From Candidatus Ignatzschineria merdigallinarum (GTDB lineage: Bacteria; Pseudomonadota; Gammaproteobacteria; Cardiobacteriales; Wohlfahrtiimonadaceae), in NCBI GenBank assembly GCA_019113305.1, contig DXHP01000048.1, positions 1 to 41,700 of the forward strand: 41,700 nt of DNA, written 5' to 3'. The notes under the pieces are model-generated. The model worked only from the letters and a program-made list of their open reading frames with translations. It was not told where the DNA came from and ran no database searches. Made by a program: the position numbers and the translations under genes. This document shows, one piece after another, positions 1-10,574 of the stretch. How positions within the stretch are numbered: position 1 is the first letter of the stretch; each line of letters begins with the position of its first letter.

Positions 1-170
1 TTAGCTCTGATAATATTTTATATCTATGAAGTGAGAAATATTTCATATTCATTACTGATCATCAATTACATCTGATAATGATAGGTTTCTCAGAGATTGT
101 GTTGATATAAAAATAGGAATGTGAAAAGACGATTTTATGTAGATAAAATCGTCTTTTCAAGAGGCTAGGG

Positions 171-1133
171 TTACTTCGTCTTAAATTGTCCGTAAGCCAT
201 AATTTTTTCGTAACGTTGTTCAAGAAGTTCATCAACGGATAATGTTGAAAGTTGATCAAGCGCCGTAGTGATCTCTTTCTTGATATTGTCACTCATTACT
301 TTGTAGTTACGGTGAGCACCACCTTTAGGTTCAGTGATGATGGCATCAATGAGTTTTGCATTCATATTTTTATCGGCAGTAACGCCCATCGCTTCGGCAG
401 CTTCCTTGTTTTTTTCAGCACTCTTCCAAAGAATTGAAGCACAGCCTTCAGGAGAAATCACTGAGTAAATAGAATATTGAAGCATCATGACACGGTCACC
501 AACAGCAATTGCTAAAGCACCACCAGAGCCACCTTCACCCGTAACAGTGCAGATAACTGGTACACGAAGTTTGCTCATCTCTAATAAGTTGCGCGCAATA
601 GCTTCACTTTGACCGCGCTCTTCGGCACCAATACCAGGGTATGCGCCTGGGGTATCAATAAAAGTGACGACAGGTACATTAAATCTTTCAGCGAGTTTCA
701 TTAAGCGAAGTGCTTTACGATAACCTTCAGGGCGTGGCATACCAAAGTTTCGTTTAATTTTTTCTTTGGTATCACGGCCTTTTTGGTGACCGATGACCAT
801 GACTGATCGACCATTAATTCTTGCTAATCCACCAACAATGGCAGCATCATCAGCATATGCTCGGTCGCCGTGAAGCTCTTGGAAGTCATCACAAATCAAA
901 CTGATATAGTCTAATGTGTAAGGACGAAGAGGATGGCGAGCAAGTTGCGTTACTTCCCATGAAGTCAGCTTAGAAAAAATCTGTTCTAATTTTGCATTTT
1001 TCTTTTTTTCTAAAGCATCAATCTTGTCGGTAACATCGATATCAGCATCTTGAGCCCAATTTTGAAGCTCATTAATTTTAGTTTGAAGCTCAAAAATTGG
1101 GGCTTCAAAATCGAGGTAATTCGTATTCAACAC
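171..1133 (-). CDS. accA: Acetyl-CoA carboxylase carboxyltransferase alpha subunit
   Basis: Motifs [67 protein letters not shown]. Start moved from 1181 to GTG 1133 (TTG 1130 also possible) behind an AGGAG RBS, giving the usual ~320 aa. Confidence 0.97.
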   Translation of the reverse strand: MLNTNYLDFEAPIFELQTKINELQNWAQDADIDVTDKIDALEKKKNAKLEQIFSKLTSWEVTQLARHPLRPYTLDYISLICDDFQELHGDRAYADDAAIVGGLARINGRSVMVIGHQKGRDTKEKIKRNFGMPRPEGYRKALRLMKLAERFNVPVVTFIDTPGAYPGIGAEERGQSEAIARNLLEMSKLRVPVICTVTGEGGSGGALAIAVGDRVMMLQYSIYSVISPEGCASILWKSAEKNKEAAEAMGVTADKNMNAKLIDAIITEPKGGAHRNYKVMSDNIKKEITTALDQLSTLSVDELLEQRYEKIMAYGQFKTK

Positions 1134-1200
1134 AATACTCCTAAGAAAATCGATATGTTCTATAAAATACCATATCTTCACGTAATAGTAAGCTAAAGAA

Positions 1201-2565
1201 TTATACGCGAGCTGGAATCTTTTCGCGATGTTCTTTCAATTTAGATGAGATTTGGAAAGCGAGCTCTAGGCTTTGTTGAGCATTCAATCTAGGATCGCAA
1301 TGGGTATGATAACGATCTTCTAAATCTTTAGACGTGATATTTTGTCCTCCCCCTAAGCATTCTGTAACATCTGTTCCAGTCATTTCAAAGTGAACGCCGC
1401 CGGCATAAGTCCCTTCCGCATTGTGAGCATCAAAGAAGTTAATTACTTCTGCTAAAATTCTGTCGAATGGGCGAGTTTTATAACGATTTTCAGTAATTGT
1501 ATTACCATGCATTGGATCACAGCTCCAAACAACATGACGACCTTCATTTTTAACAACTCGAAGAAGACGTGGGAGGTGCTCTAAGATATTATCCGCTCCC
1601 ATGCGTGTAATAAGCGTGAGTTTTCCAGGCTCATTATTAGGATTGAGTGCATCAATCAGACGAATAAGTTCATCATCACTCATTTTTTGACTGACTTTCA
1701 CGCCGACAGGATTTGCAATACCTTTTGCGAATTCAATATGTGCACCATCTAATTGGCGGGTTCTTTCTCCGATCCATACCATGTGCGCTGAAGTGTTGTA
1801 CCAATCTCCAGTTGTGGAGTCCGTTCTTGTCATCGCTTCCTCATAACCTAAGAGGAGCATTTCGTGGGAGGTGAAGTATTCTGTTTCGCGAATAATCGCG
1901 TTATTAGGATCAACACCACATGCTTGCATAAACTTAAGAGCATCTTGAATACGAGTAGCAAGATCAATATAACGTTCTGCTTGCGGTGATTTCTCCACAA
2001 AGCCCATCGTCCAGCGTTGTACGCGATGAAGGTCTGCATAACCTCCTTTTGCAAAAGCGCGAAGCAGGTTGAGGGTTAAACCAGATTGTGCATAAGCTTG
2101 CCATAAACGTTCAGGATTAGGCTCACGTGCTTCTGGTGTAAATTCGATGCCGTTAACTACATCTCCGCGATAGCTTGGGAGGGTAATGCCATCTATTGTT
2201 TCAGTGTCTGATGAACGGGGTTTTGCAAACTGACCAGCAATACGACCAACCTTGATCACAGGGCTACTTGCCGCAAATGTGAGGGTAATTGCCATTTGTA
2301 ATAATACTCGGAAAGTATCACGGATATTATCAGAGCTGAAATCAGCGAAGCTTTCAGCACAATCGCCGCCTTGAAGTAAGAATGCCTTACCATATACCGC
2401 ATCTGCAAGTTGTGCTTTAAGAGATCTTGCTTCACCCGCAAAAACGAGTGGTGGAGCTTTACGAAGACGATCTTCAACAGCTTTAAGGGCTGCTTCATCT
2501 TTGTAGTTCGGCATTTGCATTGCCGGGAAGTTTCTCCAACTAGATGGGGTCCAAATCTGGCTCAT
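1201..2565 (-). CDS. Class II 3-deoxy-D-arabino-heptulosonate 7-phosphate (DAHP) synthase
   Basis: 454 aa; [67 protein letters not shown] are class II DAHP synthase motifs. Confidence 0.96.
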   Translation of the reverse strand: MSQIWTPSSWRNFPAMQMPNYKDEAALKAVEDRLRKAPPLVFAGEARSLKAQLADAVYGKAFLLQGGDCAESFADFSSDNIRDTFRVLLQMAITLTFAASSPVIKVGRIAGQFAKPRSSDTETIDGITLPSYRGDVVNGIEFTPEAREPNPERLWQAYAQSGLTLNLLRAFAKGGYADLHRVQRWTMGFVEKSPQAERYIDLATRIQDALKFMQACGVDPNNAIIRETEYFTSHEMLLLGYEEAMTRTDSTTGDWYNTSAHMVWIGERTRQLDGAHIEFAKGIANPVGVKVSQKMSDDELIRLIDALNPNNEPGKLTLITRMGADNILEHLPRLLRVVKNEGRHVVWSCDPMHGNTITENRYKTRPFDRILAEVINFFDAHNAEGTYAGGVHFEMTGTDVTECLGGGQNITSKDLEDRYHTHCDPRLNAQQSLELAFQISSKLKEHREKIPARV

Positions 2566-2629
2566 AATTTATTTTCCTATGTTCTATTTTTGAGTTTAAT
2601 AATGAGTGTTGAAAGGTTAAAAGACTCAT

Positions 2630-2665
2630 AAAAAATGCCTTAAGACCGATGGCTTAAGGCATTTT
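2630..2665 (-). terminator. Intrinsic terminator after ilvC
   Basis: Inverted repeat aaaatgccttaag / cttaaggcatttt with an A-run on + (U-run on -), 65 nt past the ilvC stop. Confidence 0.85.
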
Positions 2666-2730
2666 AACACTGTTTCTAAATTCCCCTGAGGGCAGGGTGA
2701 AAGACTCTTTTAAAAGTAGAGTATTAGAAT

Positions 2731-3759
<1,029 letters not shown>

Positions 3760-3870
3760 TTATATAATTCTTTTTTGTTATCGATCTATCAGATTTTAAA
3801 TAAAGTGAAAAAGTCTGACAGATCGCTATTTAATTACTTTAATAATTTTTAGTGGCTAAAGTATCGAACT

Positions 3871-4383
3871 TTAGAGTGTTAAGCCTTTTGCACCACGAAC
3901 AAGTCCAAGCGCACCTGAACGAACAATCTCAATAATGCCAAGCTCAGTCACTGCAACGATAAATGCATCGAGCTTTTCTTGAGTTCCTGTCATTTCAATT
4001 GTGTAAGAAAGTGGTGTGACGTCGATGACGCGACCTCTGAACATCTCATTGATACGAAATAGCTCTGATCGGTTTTGGCCTTCGGCTTGAACCTTGATTA
4101 GCATCATTTCGCGTTCAACATATGCACTATCGCAAAGATCCGTGAGTTTGACAACATCTATGAGTTTATTCAGTTGTTTTACAATCTGTTCAACGACATG
4201 GTTGTTGGCAATTGTCACTAAGGTCAATCTTGCAAGAGATGGATCATCAGTTGCGGCAACACTTAAGCTATCAATATTGTAGCCACGTGCGGAAAATAGG
4301 TTTACTACCTTAGATAGTGCGCCGGCTTCGTTCTCCATTAAGATCGAAATAATATGACGCGAAGTTTCTGTATTAAATGTCAT
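3871..4383 (-). CDS. ilvH: Acetolactate synthase small (regulatory) subunit
   Basis: RHIISILMENEAGALSKVVNLFSARGYNIDSLSV ACT motif, QIVKQLNKLIDV, EREMMLIKV; lies between ilvI and ilvC. Confidence 0.96.
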   Translation of the reverse strand: MTFNTETSRHIISILMENEAGALSKVVNLFSARGYNIDSLSVAATDDPSLARLTLVTIANNHVVEQIVKQLNKLIDVVKLTDLCDSAYVEREMMLIKVQAEGQNRSELFRINEMFRGRVIDVTPLSYTIEMTGTQEKLDAFIVAVTELGIIEIVRSGALGLVRGAKGLTL

Positions 4384-4395
4384 CTTTTTTCTCCC

Positions 4396-6138
4396 TTAAA
4401 CTTGGCTTAAGCCGTCTTTTACCGTGTTTTCCATTTTATCGCGACCCGCTAAGATCATTTCGTGATGACCTTTTCCGGCAGGAATCATTGGGTAAACATT
4501 CTCGCTGGGATCGGTGATAAAATCGAGGAATATGGTCTTATCTTTCTGTTTGAAAGCTTCTCTTAAAGCAGGCTCTACATCACTTGGTTTGTGAATTTGA
4601 ACGCCACTATGCCCATAAGCCTCTGCTAATTTAACAAAGTCAGGAAGCGAGTCAAAGTAACTCATACAGTAACGTTTTTGGAAGAAGAATTCTTGCCATT
4701 GACGTACCATTCCTAAATAGCCATTGTTAAGGTTAATAATTTTTACAGGAGAACAGTATTGCAACATCGTTGATAGCTCTTGGAGCATCATTTGAATACT
4801 ACCGTCGCCTGTAATACATGCAACATCTCTGTCAGGACGCGCAATTTTTGCGCCCATTGCCGCTGGAAGACCAAAGCCCATTGTGCCAAGACCACCAGAG
4901 TTGAGCCATTGACGTGGCTCATCAAATGGGTAATATTGTGCAGCCCACATTTGGTGTTGTCCTACATCTGAAGTAACAATGGCTTTGCCTTCGGTAACCT
5001 CAAAGAGTTTTTCAACCACAAATTGCGGTTTGATAATGACATCACTTTTCTCATAGGCAAGTGATTTCATATCACGCCACTCGGCAATTTGATCCCACCA
5101 TTTTCCAAGCGCTGTTTGGTCAAGTTGACCTTTTTGCTGCTGATGGATGTTGTTGAGTTCTTCAAGTACTGGTTGTAATTGCCCAACGATTGGAAGATCG
5201 ACGGCAATATTTTTGGCGATTGAAGAAGGATCAACATCAACGTGAATGATTTTTGCATAAGGACAGAACGATTCTAGGGTTCCGGTGATTCGGTCATCAA
5301 ATCGAGCACCTAATGCCACTAATACATCACAGTGATGCATTGCCATGTTGGCTTCGTAAGTTCCATGCATACCAAGCATGCCAAGGAATTGTTTATCGGT
5401 TCCCTCGTAAGCACCTAATCCCATTAGAGTACTTGTGATAGGGAGATTTAGATCTTTTACAAACTGGCGAAGCTCATTGTGGGCTTCACCGATGATCACG
5501 CCGCCGCCGGTATATACCATTGGGCGTTCTGCTTTCATAATAAGATCGTATGCACGAGCGATTTGCTTCGAATGTCCTTTAACTGTTGGGTTATAAGAAC
5601 GCATACTGATCTCTTTTGGATAATCAAATTCTGCCTCATGAACCGTAATATCTTTTGGAAGGTCAATAACAACGGGGCCTGGTCGGCCTGTTGTGGCAAT
5701 ATAAAATGCTTTTTTTATTGTGATTGCGAGATCATTCACATCTTTCACTAAGAAGTTATGTTTCACACATGGAAGGGTAATTCCGACTGTATCAACTTCT
5801 TGGAAGGCATCATTTCCGATTAAGCTTGTGGCAACTTGTCCTGAGAGGACAATCATCGGAATAGAATCCATATAAGCAGTTGCAATACCTGTGACAGCAT
5901 TCGTGAGTCCAGGACCTGAGGTAACTAGGACGACGCCTGGTTTACCTGTTGTGCGCGCATAACCATCGGCAGCATGAGTGGCTGCTTGTTCATGGCGGAC
6001 CAGGACGTGTTCAATTTTGTCTTGTTTGTAAATCTCATCGTATAGGGGTAATACGGCACCACCAGGGTAACCGAAGATACACTCCACATTTTCCTTGATT
6101 AAGGAGTGGATGATGATTTCTGCACCGCTTAATTTCAC
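4396..6138 (-). CDS. ilvI: Acetolactate synthase large subunit
   Basis: FGYPGGAVL, VRHEQAATHAADGYAR, TSGPGLTN, TSDVGQHQMWAAQ, SGGLGTMGFGLPAA, TPP motif GDGSIQM...NNGYLGMVRQWQ; GTG start with GAGAGG RBS. Confidence 0.97.
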   Translation of the reverse strand: MKLSGAEIIIHSLIKENVECIFGYPGGAVLPLYDEIYKQDKIEHVLVRHEQAATHAADGYARTTGKPGVVLVTSGPGLTNAVTGIATAYMDSIPMIVLSGQVATSLIGNDAFQEVDTVGITLPCVKHNFLVKDVNDLAITIKKAFYIATTGRPGPVVIDLPKDITVHEAEFDYPKEISMRSYNPTVKGHSKQIARAYDLIMKAERPMVYTGGGVIIGEAHNELRQFVKDLNLPITSTLMGLGAYEGTDKQFLGMLGMHGTYEANMAMHHCDVLVALGARFDDRITGTLESFCPYAKIIHVDVDPSSIAKNIAVDLPIVGQLQPVLEELNNIHQQQKGQLDQTALGKWWDQIAEWRDMKSLAYEKSDVIIKPQFVVEKLFEVTEGKAIVTSDVGQHQMWAAQYYPFDEPRQWLNSGGLGTMGFGLPAAMGAKIARPDRDVACITGDGSIQMMLQELSTMLQYCSPVKIINLNNGYLGMVRQWQEFFFQKRYCMSYFDSLPDFVKLAEAYGHSGVQIHKPSDVEPALREAFKQKDKTIFLDFITDPSENVYPMIPAGKGHHEMILAGRDKMENTVKDGLSQV

Positions 6139-6334
6139 AGGATCTCCTCTTTATTTATAAATATATAATCTCAGTCAAACGAGCATCTTGAGACGCTTCA
6201 TATTTTGTTCAAACTCAATAGCAAGTAGTGGTGCCTGAATTTGAACATTGAATATGAAGAGTAGAATCGTTTTTATTTCGTCTTTGGATTTGGTCTGATT
6301 TTATTTTATTGAATCAGGGTTAATTCGTTACTGT

Positions 6335-7618
6335 TTAAAATCTTTCGATACGAATTAACTTCGTTTCCTCAATGCCCTCAATTAACATAGCACTATTAAG
6401 GAGATTTTCTACACTTTCTTCAATTGTTTTTTCGCAAACAACAATAACTCTTTGATTTTCATTGTAAAGTTTAATTTTAAAAGACGTATGTAGCTGATCT
6501 GTAGCTAAACTCTTTAACTGAGCTAAAAGTGCCTGACTATCGGCATTGTCATCATATTTGAAATGAATATAATAACCTGCATTAAAGGCGGACTTCGGCA
6601 GTATTGAAAGTGGCGAAAGATTATTCACTTTGTATCCTAATGCCGGCGCACTATATTGCGTCTGTTGGTTATGAATAATCTCTATTAAATCTGCGATGAC
6701 AGCAGAAGCTGTTGCTTCGCTACCAGCACCTCGGCCACTTAAAAATTGCTCACCAACGGCATTACCTTGGATAAAAACACCATTTAAAACGCCATTTACA
6801 TTGGCGAAAGCATGCGTTAAGGGAACGAGTGTAGGTTGAACGCGTAGTTCAACGCCTTGCTCACTGCGACGCGCAATTCCGAGATGTTTAATGGCAAAGC
6901 CTTCTTGACGGCTAATGGTAATATCTTCTTTCGTAATGGTATCAATGCCTTCGATGTGCATTGTATCAAATTGCAGTGGCATCCCAAATGCGGTCGAAGC
7001 AAGAATTGTCAATTTATGTGCGGCATCAATTCCTTTGATATCGAAAGTTGGATCAGCTTCAGCATAACCTAGGGCTTGAGCCTCTTTTAAACATTCTGAG
7101 AAATCAGTACCTTTATCGGTCATTTCCGTCAAAATATAGTTGGAGGTGCCATTAATAATTCCCATGACGGAATCAATTTGGTTTGCAGCTAAACCTTCTC
7201 TTAATGTCTTTAAGATTGGAATTCCACCAGCGACAGAAGCTTCGAAACGAAGGAAGACCTTGTTCTCTTCAGCAAGACGAAGAAGCTCATTGCCGTGAAG
7301 CGCAATTAGCTCTTTATTGGCAGTAATTACTGACTTGCCATTAGTAAGCGCGGTTTTAATATAAGTGAGAGCTGGCTCAATGCCACCAATGAGCTCAATA
7401 ACAATATCAATATCATGGTTGTTAATAATCTCATCAATATCGGTGGTGAGATTTAATTGGTAAGGATTCTCTCTTTCAAGAGTTCGAACAAAGACTTTTT
7501 CAATGATCGGTGTTCGTGTTATTCGACGAATAATGTCTGCTTGATTTTTTGATAATACAGAGGCGACGCCAGAGGCAACAGTGCCAAGACCAATTAGTCC
7601 TACTTTAAGAGGCTCCAT
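6335..7618 (-). CDS. hom: Homoserine dehydrogenase (long form, divergent C-terminal ACT-like region)
   Basis: GLIGLGTVA Rossmann motif, VITANK, FEASVAGGIP, GIINGTSNYIL, AQALGYAEADPTFD, DAAHKL, GRGAG..TASAV. Confidence 0.95.
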   Translation of the reverse strand: MEPLKVGLIGLGTVASGVASVLSKNQADIIRRITRTPIIEKVFVRTLERENPYQLNLTTDIDEIINNHDIDIVIELIGGIEPALTYIKTALTNGKSVITANKELIALHGNELLRLAEENKVFLRFEASVAGGIPILKTLREGLAANQIDSVMGIINGTSNYILTEMTDKGTDFSECLKEAQALGYAEADPTFDIKGIDAAHKLTILASTAFGMPLQFDTMHIEGIDTITKEDITISRQEGFAIKHLGIARRSEQGVELRVQPTLVPLTHAFANVNGVLNGVFIQGNAVGEQFLSGRGAGSEATASAVIADLIEIIHNQQTQYSAPALGYKVNNLSPLSILPKSAFNAGYYIHFKYDDNADSQALLAQLKSLATDQLHTSFKIKLYNENQRVIVVCEKTIEESVENLLNSAMLIEGIEETKLIRIERF

Positions 7619-7887
7619 GATAGATTTAAATTCTCCAATGATTAATGAACAAAAATGATTTTTAGTATTTGATTAAAATTAATAGGTTACTAAAAGGATC
7701 ATTAAGGATTGAAAAAGAGTACTTTTGTTGGATGTTTTGCTTTACAAATACGCTTTTTTTCAGTTTACCTGATTTTTTAGAAAGTGGAAAACCTGCGCAC
7801 ATCTTTAGCAATTTTGTTGCCAGAAGTGGTAATCAATAGGGTTCTTTTTGAGAAATATTGAGCAGTTAATATATTTTAAATTGGTAT

Positions 7888-7953
7888 AAGATGCCAGTAA
7901 ATAAGGAGATTAAGATCGATTAGAGTGGATATTAATTCGTTTACTGGCATCTT
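7888..7953. repeat. Perfect 14-bp inverted repeat with 38-nt spacer downstream of elbB; probable terminator or stabilising hairpin
   Basis: aagatgccagtaaa (7888-7901) / tttactggcatctt (7940-7953). Confidence 0.7.
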
Positions 7954-7987
7954 CTTATTATCCTGTCAGAATTGTAATATCATGGTG

Positions 7988-8668
7988 TTACGATAATGTG
8001 GTCATGGCATTTACGCAGGCTTCTGCACCTAGAAAAATCTCATATGGTGTAGCGTTACTATCCATATAAGCACCACTTGTAATGATGGCGTGTTGTGGAT
8101 CTGTATAGGCTTCGTTAAGCGAAGTTTCAATATGATCGATATCCCACTCTTTTAGTGCCGGCAAAAATCCCTCAGCATTAGCTGCTTTACCAAAGGTTAA
8201 GGTGGCATCCTGAATGCCGAGCTCTTTAAGCGCAATAGCAACTGCCATCGGTGCTGCGCAAATAGCGATTAGGGGCTTTTTAGTGACGATAGCTTCTTTA
8301 ATTTTATCGCCAATATCGGGTTGTAAAGATGCGTGGAGACCTTTATCAAGGAAGTTTGTGAAGTTCTTAATAACACCAAAACCACCTGCCATCGCGATGC
8401 CATCAACTTCTGATAGGGTTAATTCTTCAATGGGTTTAATGTTACCACGAGCAATTCTAGCTGCTTCTTCTAAGATGTTGCGGTTTGGCGTTAACTCTTC
8501 GCCTGAAAGGTGTTCAATAGTATCTTTTTGATGACGATTAGGAGCATAAAAGGAAACGGTATATCCAGCCTTTGAGAGCGCGATGTTCAAGGCAGAAGCT
8601 TCTGTGATTTCAGCGCCATCTAAGTGACCACAGCCTGCAAGAATTAAAGCAAAATGTTTTGTACTCAT
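7988..8668 (-). CDS. elbB: ElbB/ES1-type DJ-1/PfpI family protein (glyoxalase-like)
   Basis: LAGCGHLDGAEITEA, RNILEEAARIARG, GGFGVIKN and ICAAP (catalytic Cys) match the ElbB/ES1 family. Confidence 0.85.
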   Translation of the reverse strand: MSTKHFALILAGCGHLDGAEITEASALNIALSKAGYTVSFYAPNRHQKDTIEHLSGEELTPNRNILEEAARIARGNIKPIEELTLSEVDGIAMAGGFGVIKNFTNFLDKGLHASLQPDIGDKIKEAIVTKKPLIAICAAPMAVAIALKELGIQDATLTFGKAANAEGFLPALKEWDIDHIETSLNEAYTDPQHAIITSGAYMDSNATPYEIFLGAEACVNAMTTLS

Positions 8669-8816
8669 CGTTCTTTTCTCCTTTGAATAGGAAGGTAATA
8701 ATTAACACTCGACTGCTTTTTACGTTAAAATAAGCGGATAAATCAGTCTATTCTTACCATAACAGCATAAAAAGAATGTCGATGAATGACAAGAAATTAA
8801 GGGAGTTCAAAGCGGT

Positions 8817-10574
8817 ATGAAGAAATTTTTTAATCTTTTTCTATTTTTAGTATGTGTGACTTATCCCGTCTCATTTGCGGAAGATTCCAAGTTTCAAGAG
8901 CCTTTGGTTGCTGAAGAGGGAATAGCTGAGGTCGTTGAGCCGACTTTTTATGATGATGCTGAAAATAGAGAGATTTATGATTTTTTGGCCGCAGAAATTG
9001 CAGCAAAGAGAGAGAACTGGGATGATGCAAAGCAACATTACGATGAACTTTTAGCAAAAAAGAATGATCCTGAAATCTTAGAGCGCCGTATTCAATTGGA
9101 TCTCGCGGAAGGAAATATTGGGGAAGCATTACCTTTTATTCAACGATTGGTGATTCAAGATCCTAAAAATTTAAAAAATTATAACCTTCTTGCTGAAGCT
9201 TATATATTAACCGGTGATTTAGAGTATGCGGCGAAAACTTACCATCATTTAGTAGAATTACTCTATTTGACGAATGATGGGGAGATGGAAGTATCGCCAT
9301 ATTTTGCGATTTTGAAAAAGTTTCATGAGTTTGAATTACCTTTAGAAACGCAAGTTGTTTTATTTAAAAATCTTGCGGCGCTTGAAGAGTACGATACTTT
9401 CCCATTGGTGTTATTAGCTGGCTTTTTAATTGATAATTCACGACTTTCAGAAGCAGAAAGTTATCTAGAACGCGCAATACAATTAAATCCGGAAAACCCA
9501 AAGATCTACGCATTATATACGTATATTTATTGGAATATGGCAACGCCGGAAAAAGCGATTGATTTATTAGAAGAAGCTTATGCCAAATATGAGGATCCTG
9601 AAATTGGATTGGAATTAGCGAATGCGCTTATTTCGAATTTTGATTATGAAGATGCATATCAGCATCTTGTGCGTTTAATGATTTCAACGAATGAAGCACC
9701 GATTGTTTTTGAGAAGTTTATCGGTATGGCTTATGTGATGGGAAATTATGACAATATTCTTGAGATGTTAAATCTCCGTTTAGATCAACCAGAGGTTTTA
9801 ACACGTTCAGTATTGAATTTATTCTACTTCTCAGAGATTTTAGGAAATAGTGAAAACCTTTTAAAAGTCTTGCCGGAAATCGCGGATCCAACACCTGAAT
9901 ATCAGGAAGCATTATTGACGATTAAGGCTAAAGTGGCTTTAAGTGAAAAAAATTATCAGCAATTTGAGCAATATTTTGAAGAAATTAAAACGTTAGAAAT
10001 TTATGACCAAGCGGCATTGTCATTAAAGAAAATGATGATTTTGTTAGATGCCAAAGAGCTAGTATTACTTGATAAAGAACTCGCATTATATGGCGATCTT
10101 TTAGGGATTAATAATGGTGCATATTTAGCTTATTTAAAAGCGATGAGTGCATTTGGGCGAGAAGATTATGAAACGATGATTGATATTTTTCAGGCAGAAA
10201 TTCGTGCAAATCCACAAGATGCGATTGCTTATAATGCATTAGGTTTTTCTTTAGTAGAAATTGATCCAGCGAATGCAAAGACAGCATTACCATTTATTTC
10301 TAAAGCAAATTTATTAATGCCGAATCAAGACTTTATTGAAGATAGTTTAGCGTGGACCTATTACCAATTAGGGGATTTGACACGTGCGAAAAAATATATC
10401 GAAAAAGCGTATCACAAGAATAAAGATCCAGAGATTATTGCTCATTACATTGTGATTTTAGATGCGTTAGGGGAAACCGACAAAGCAAAAGAACTTTATC
10501 ATAAATTTGATCTTTTCTTTGGTAAATCGGAGAAGAGAGAAGTTCTTCAGCAACATCTAAAATGGGTAGAGTAA
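8817..10574 (+). CDS. Exported tetratricopeptide-repeat protein
   Basis: Sec-type signal peptide (MKKFF...VSFA|E), several TPR-like segments, and C-terminal AYNALGFSL...DSLAWTYYQLGD...A..DPEIIAHY typical of the PA4667-like envelope TPR family. Confidence 0.8.
   Translation: MKKFFNLFLFLVCVTYPVSFAEDSKFQEPLVAEEGIAEVVEPTFYDDAENREIYDFLAAEIAAKRENWDDAKQHYDELLAKKNDPEILERRIQLDLAEGNIGEALPFIQRLVIQDPKNLKNYNLLAEAYILTGDLEYAAKTYHHLVELLYLTNDGEMEVSPYFAILKKFHEFELPLETQVVLFKNLAALEEYDTFPLVLLAGFLIDNSRLSEAESYLERAIQLNPENPKIYALYTYIYWNMATPEKAIDLLEEAYAKYEDPEIGLELANALISNFDYEDAYQHLVRLMISTNEAPIVFEKFIGMAYVMGNYDNILEMLNLRLDQPEVLTRSVLNLFYFSEILGNSENLLKVLPEIADPTPEYQEALLTIKAKVALSEKNYQQFEQYFEEIKTLEIYDQAALSLKKMMILLDAKELVLLDKELALYGDLLGINNGAYLAYLKAMSAFGREDYETMIDIFQAEIRANPQDAIAYNALGFSLVEIDPANAKTALPFISKANLLMPNQDFIEDSLAWTYYQLGDLTRAKKYIEKAYHKNKDPEIIAHYIVILDALGETDKAKELYHKFDLFFGKSEKREVLQQHLKWVE

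Noticed and set aside
72-92. Fur-like gataatgata sequence near the window start
   Set aside because: Only one half-site matches and the downstream gene is outside the window.
62-292. 76-aa minus-strand ORF overlapping the accA 3' end
   Set aside because: Alternative frame of accA running into AT-rich intergenic DNA; no RBS or recognisable motif.
1134-1181. Longer accA start at 1181
   Set aside because: The extension contains the AGGAG RBS and exceeds normal AccA length.
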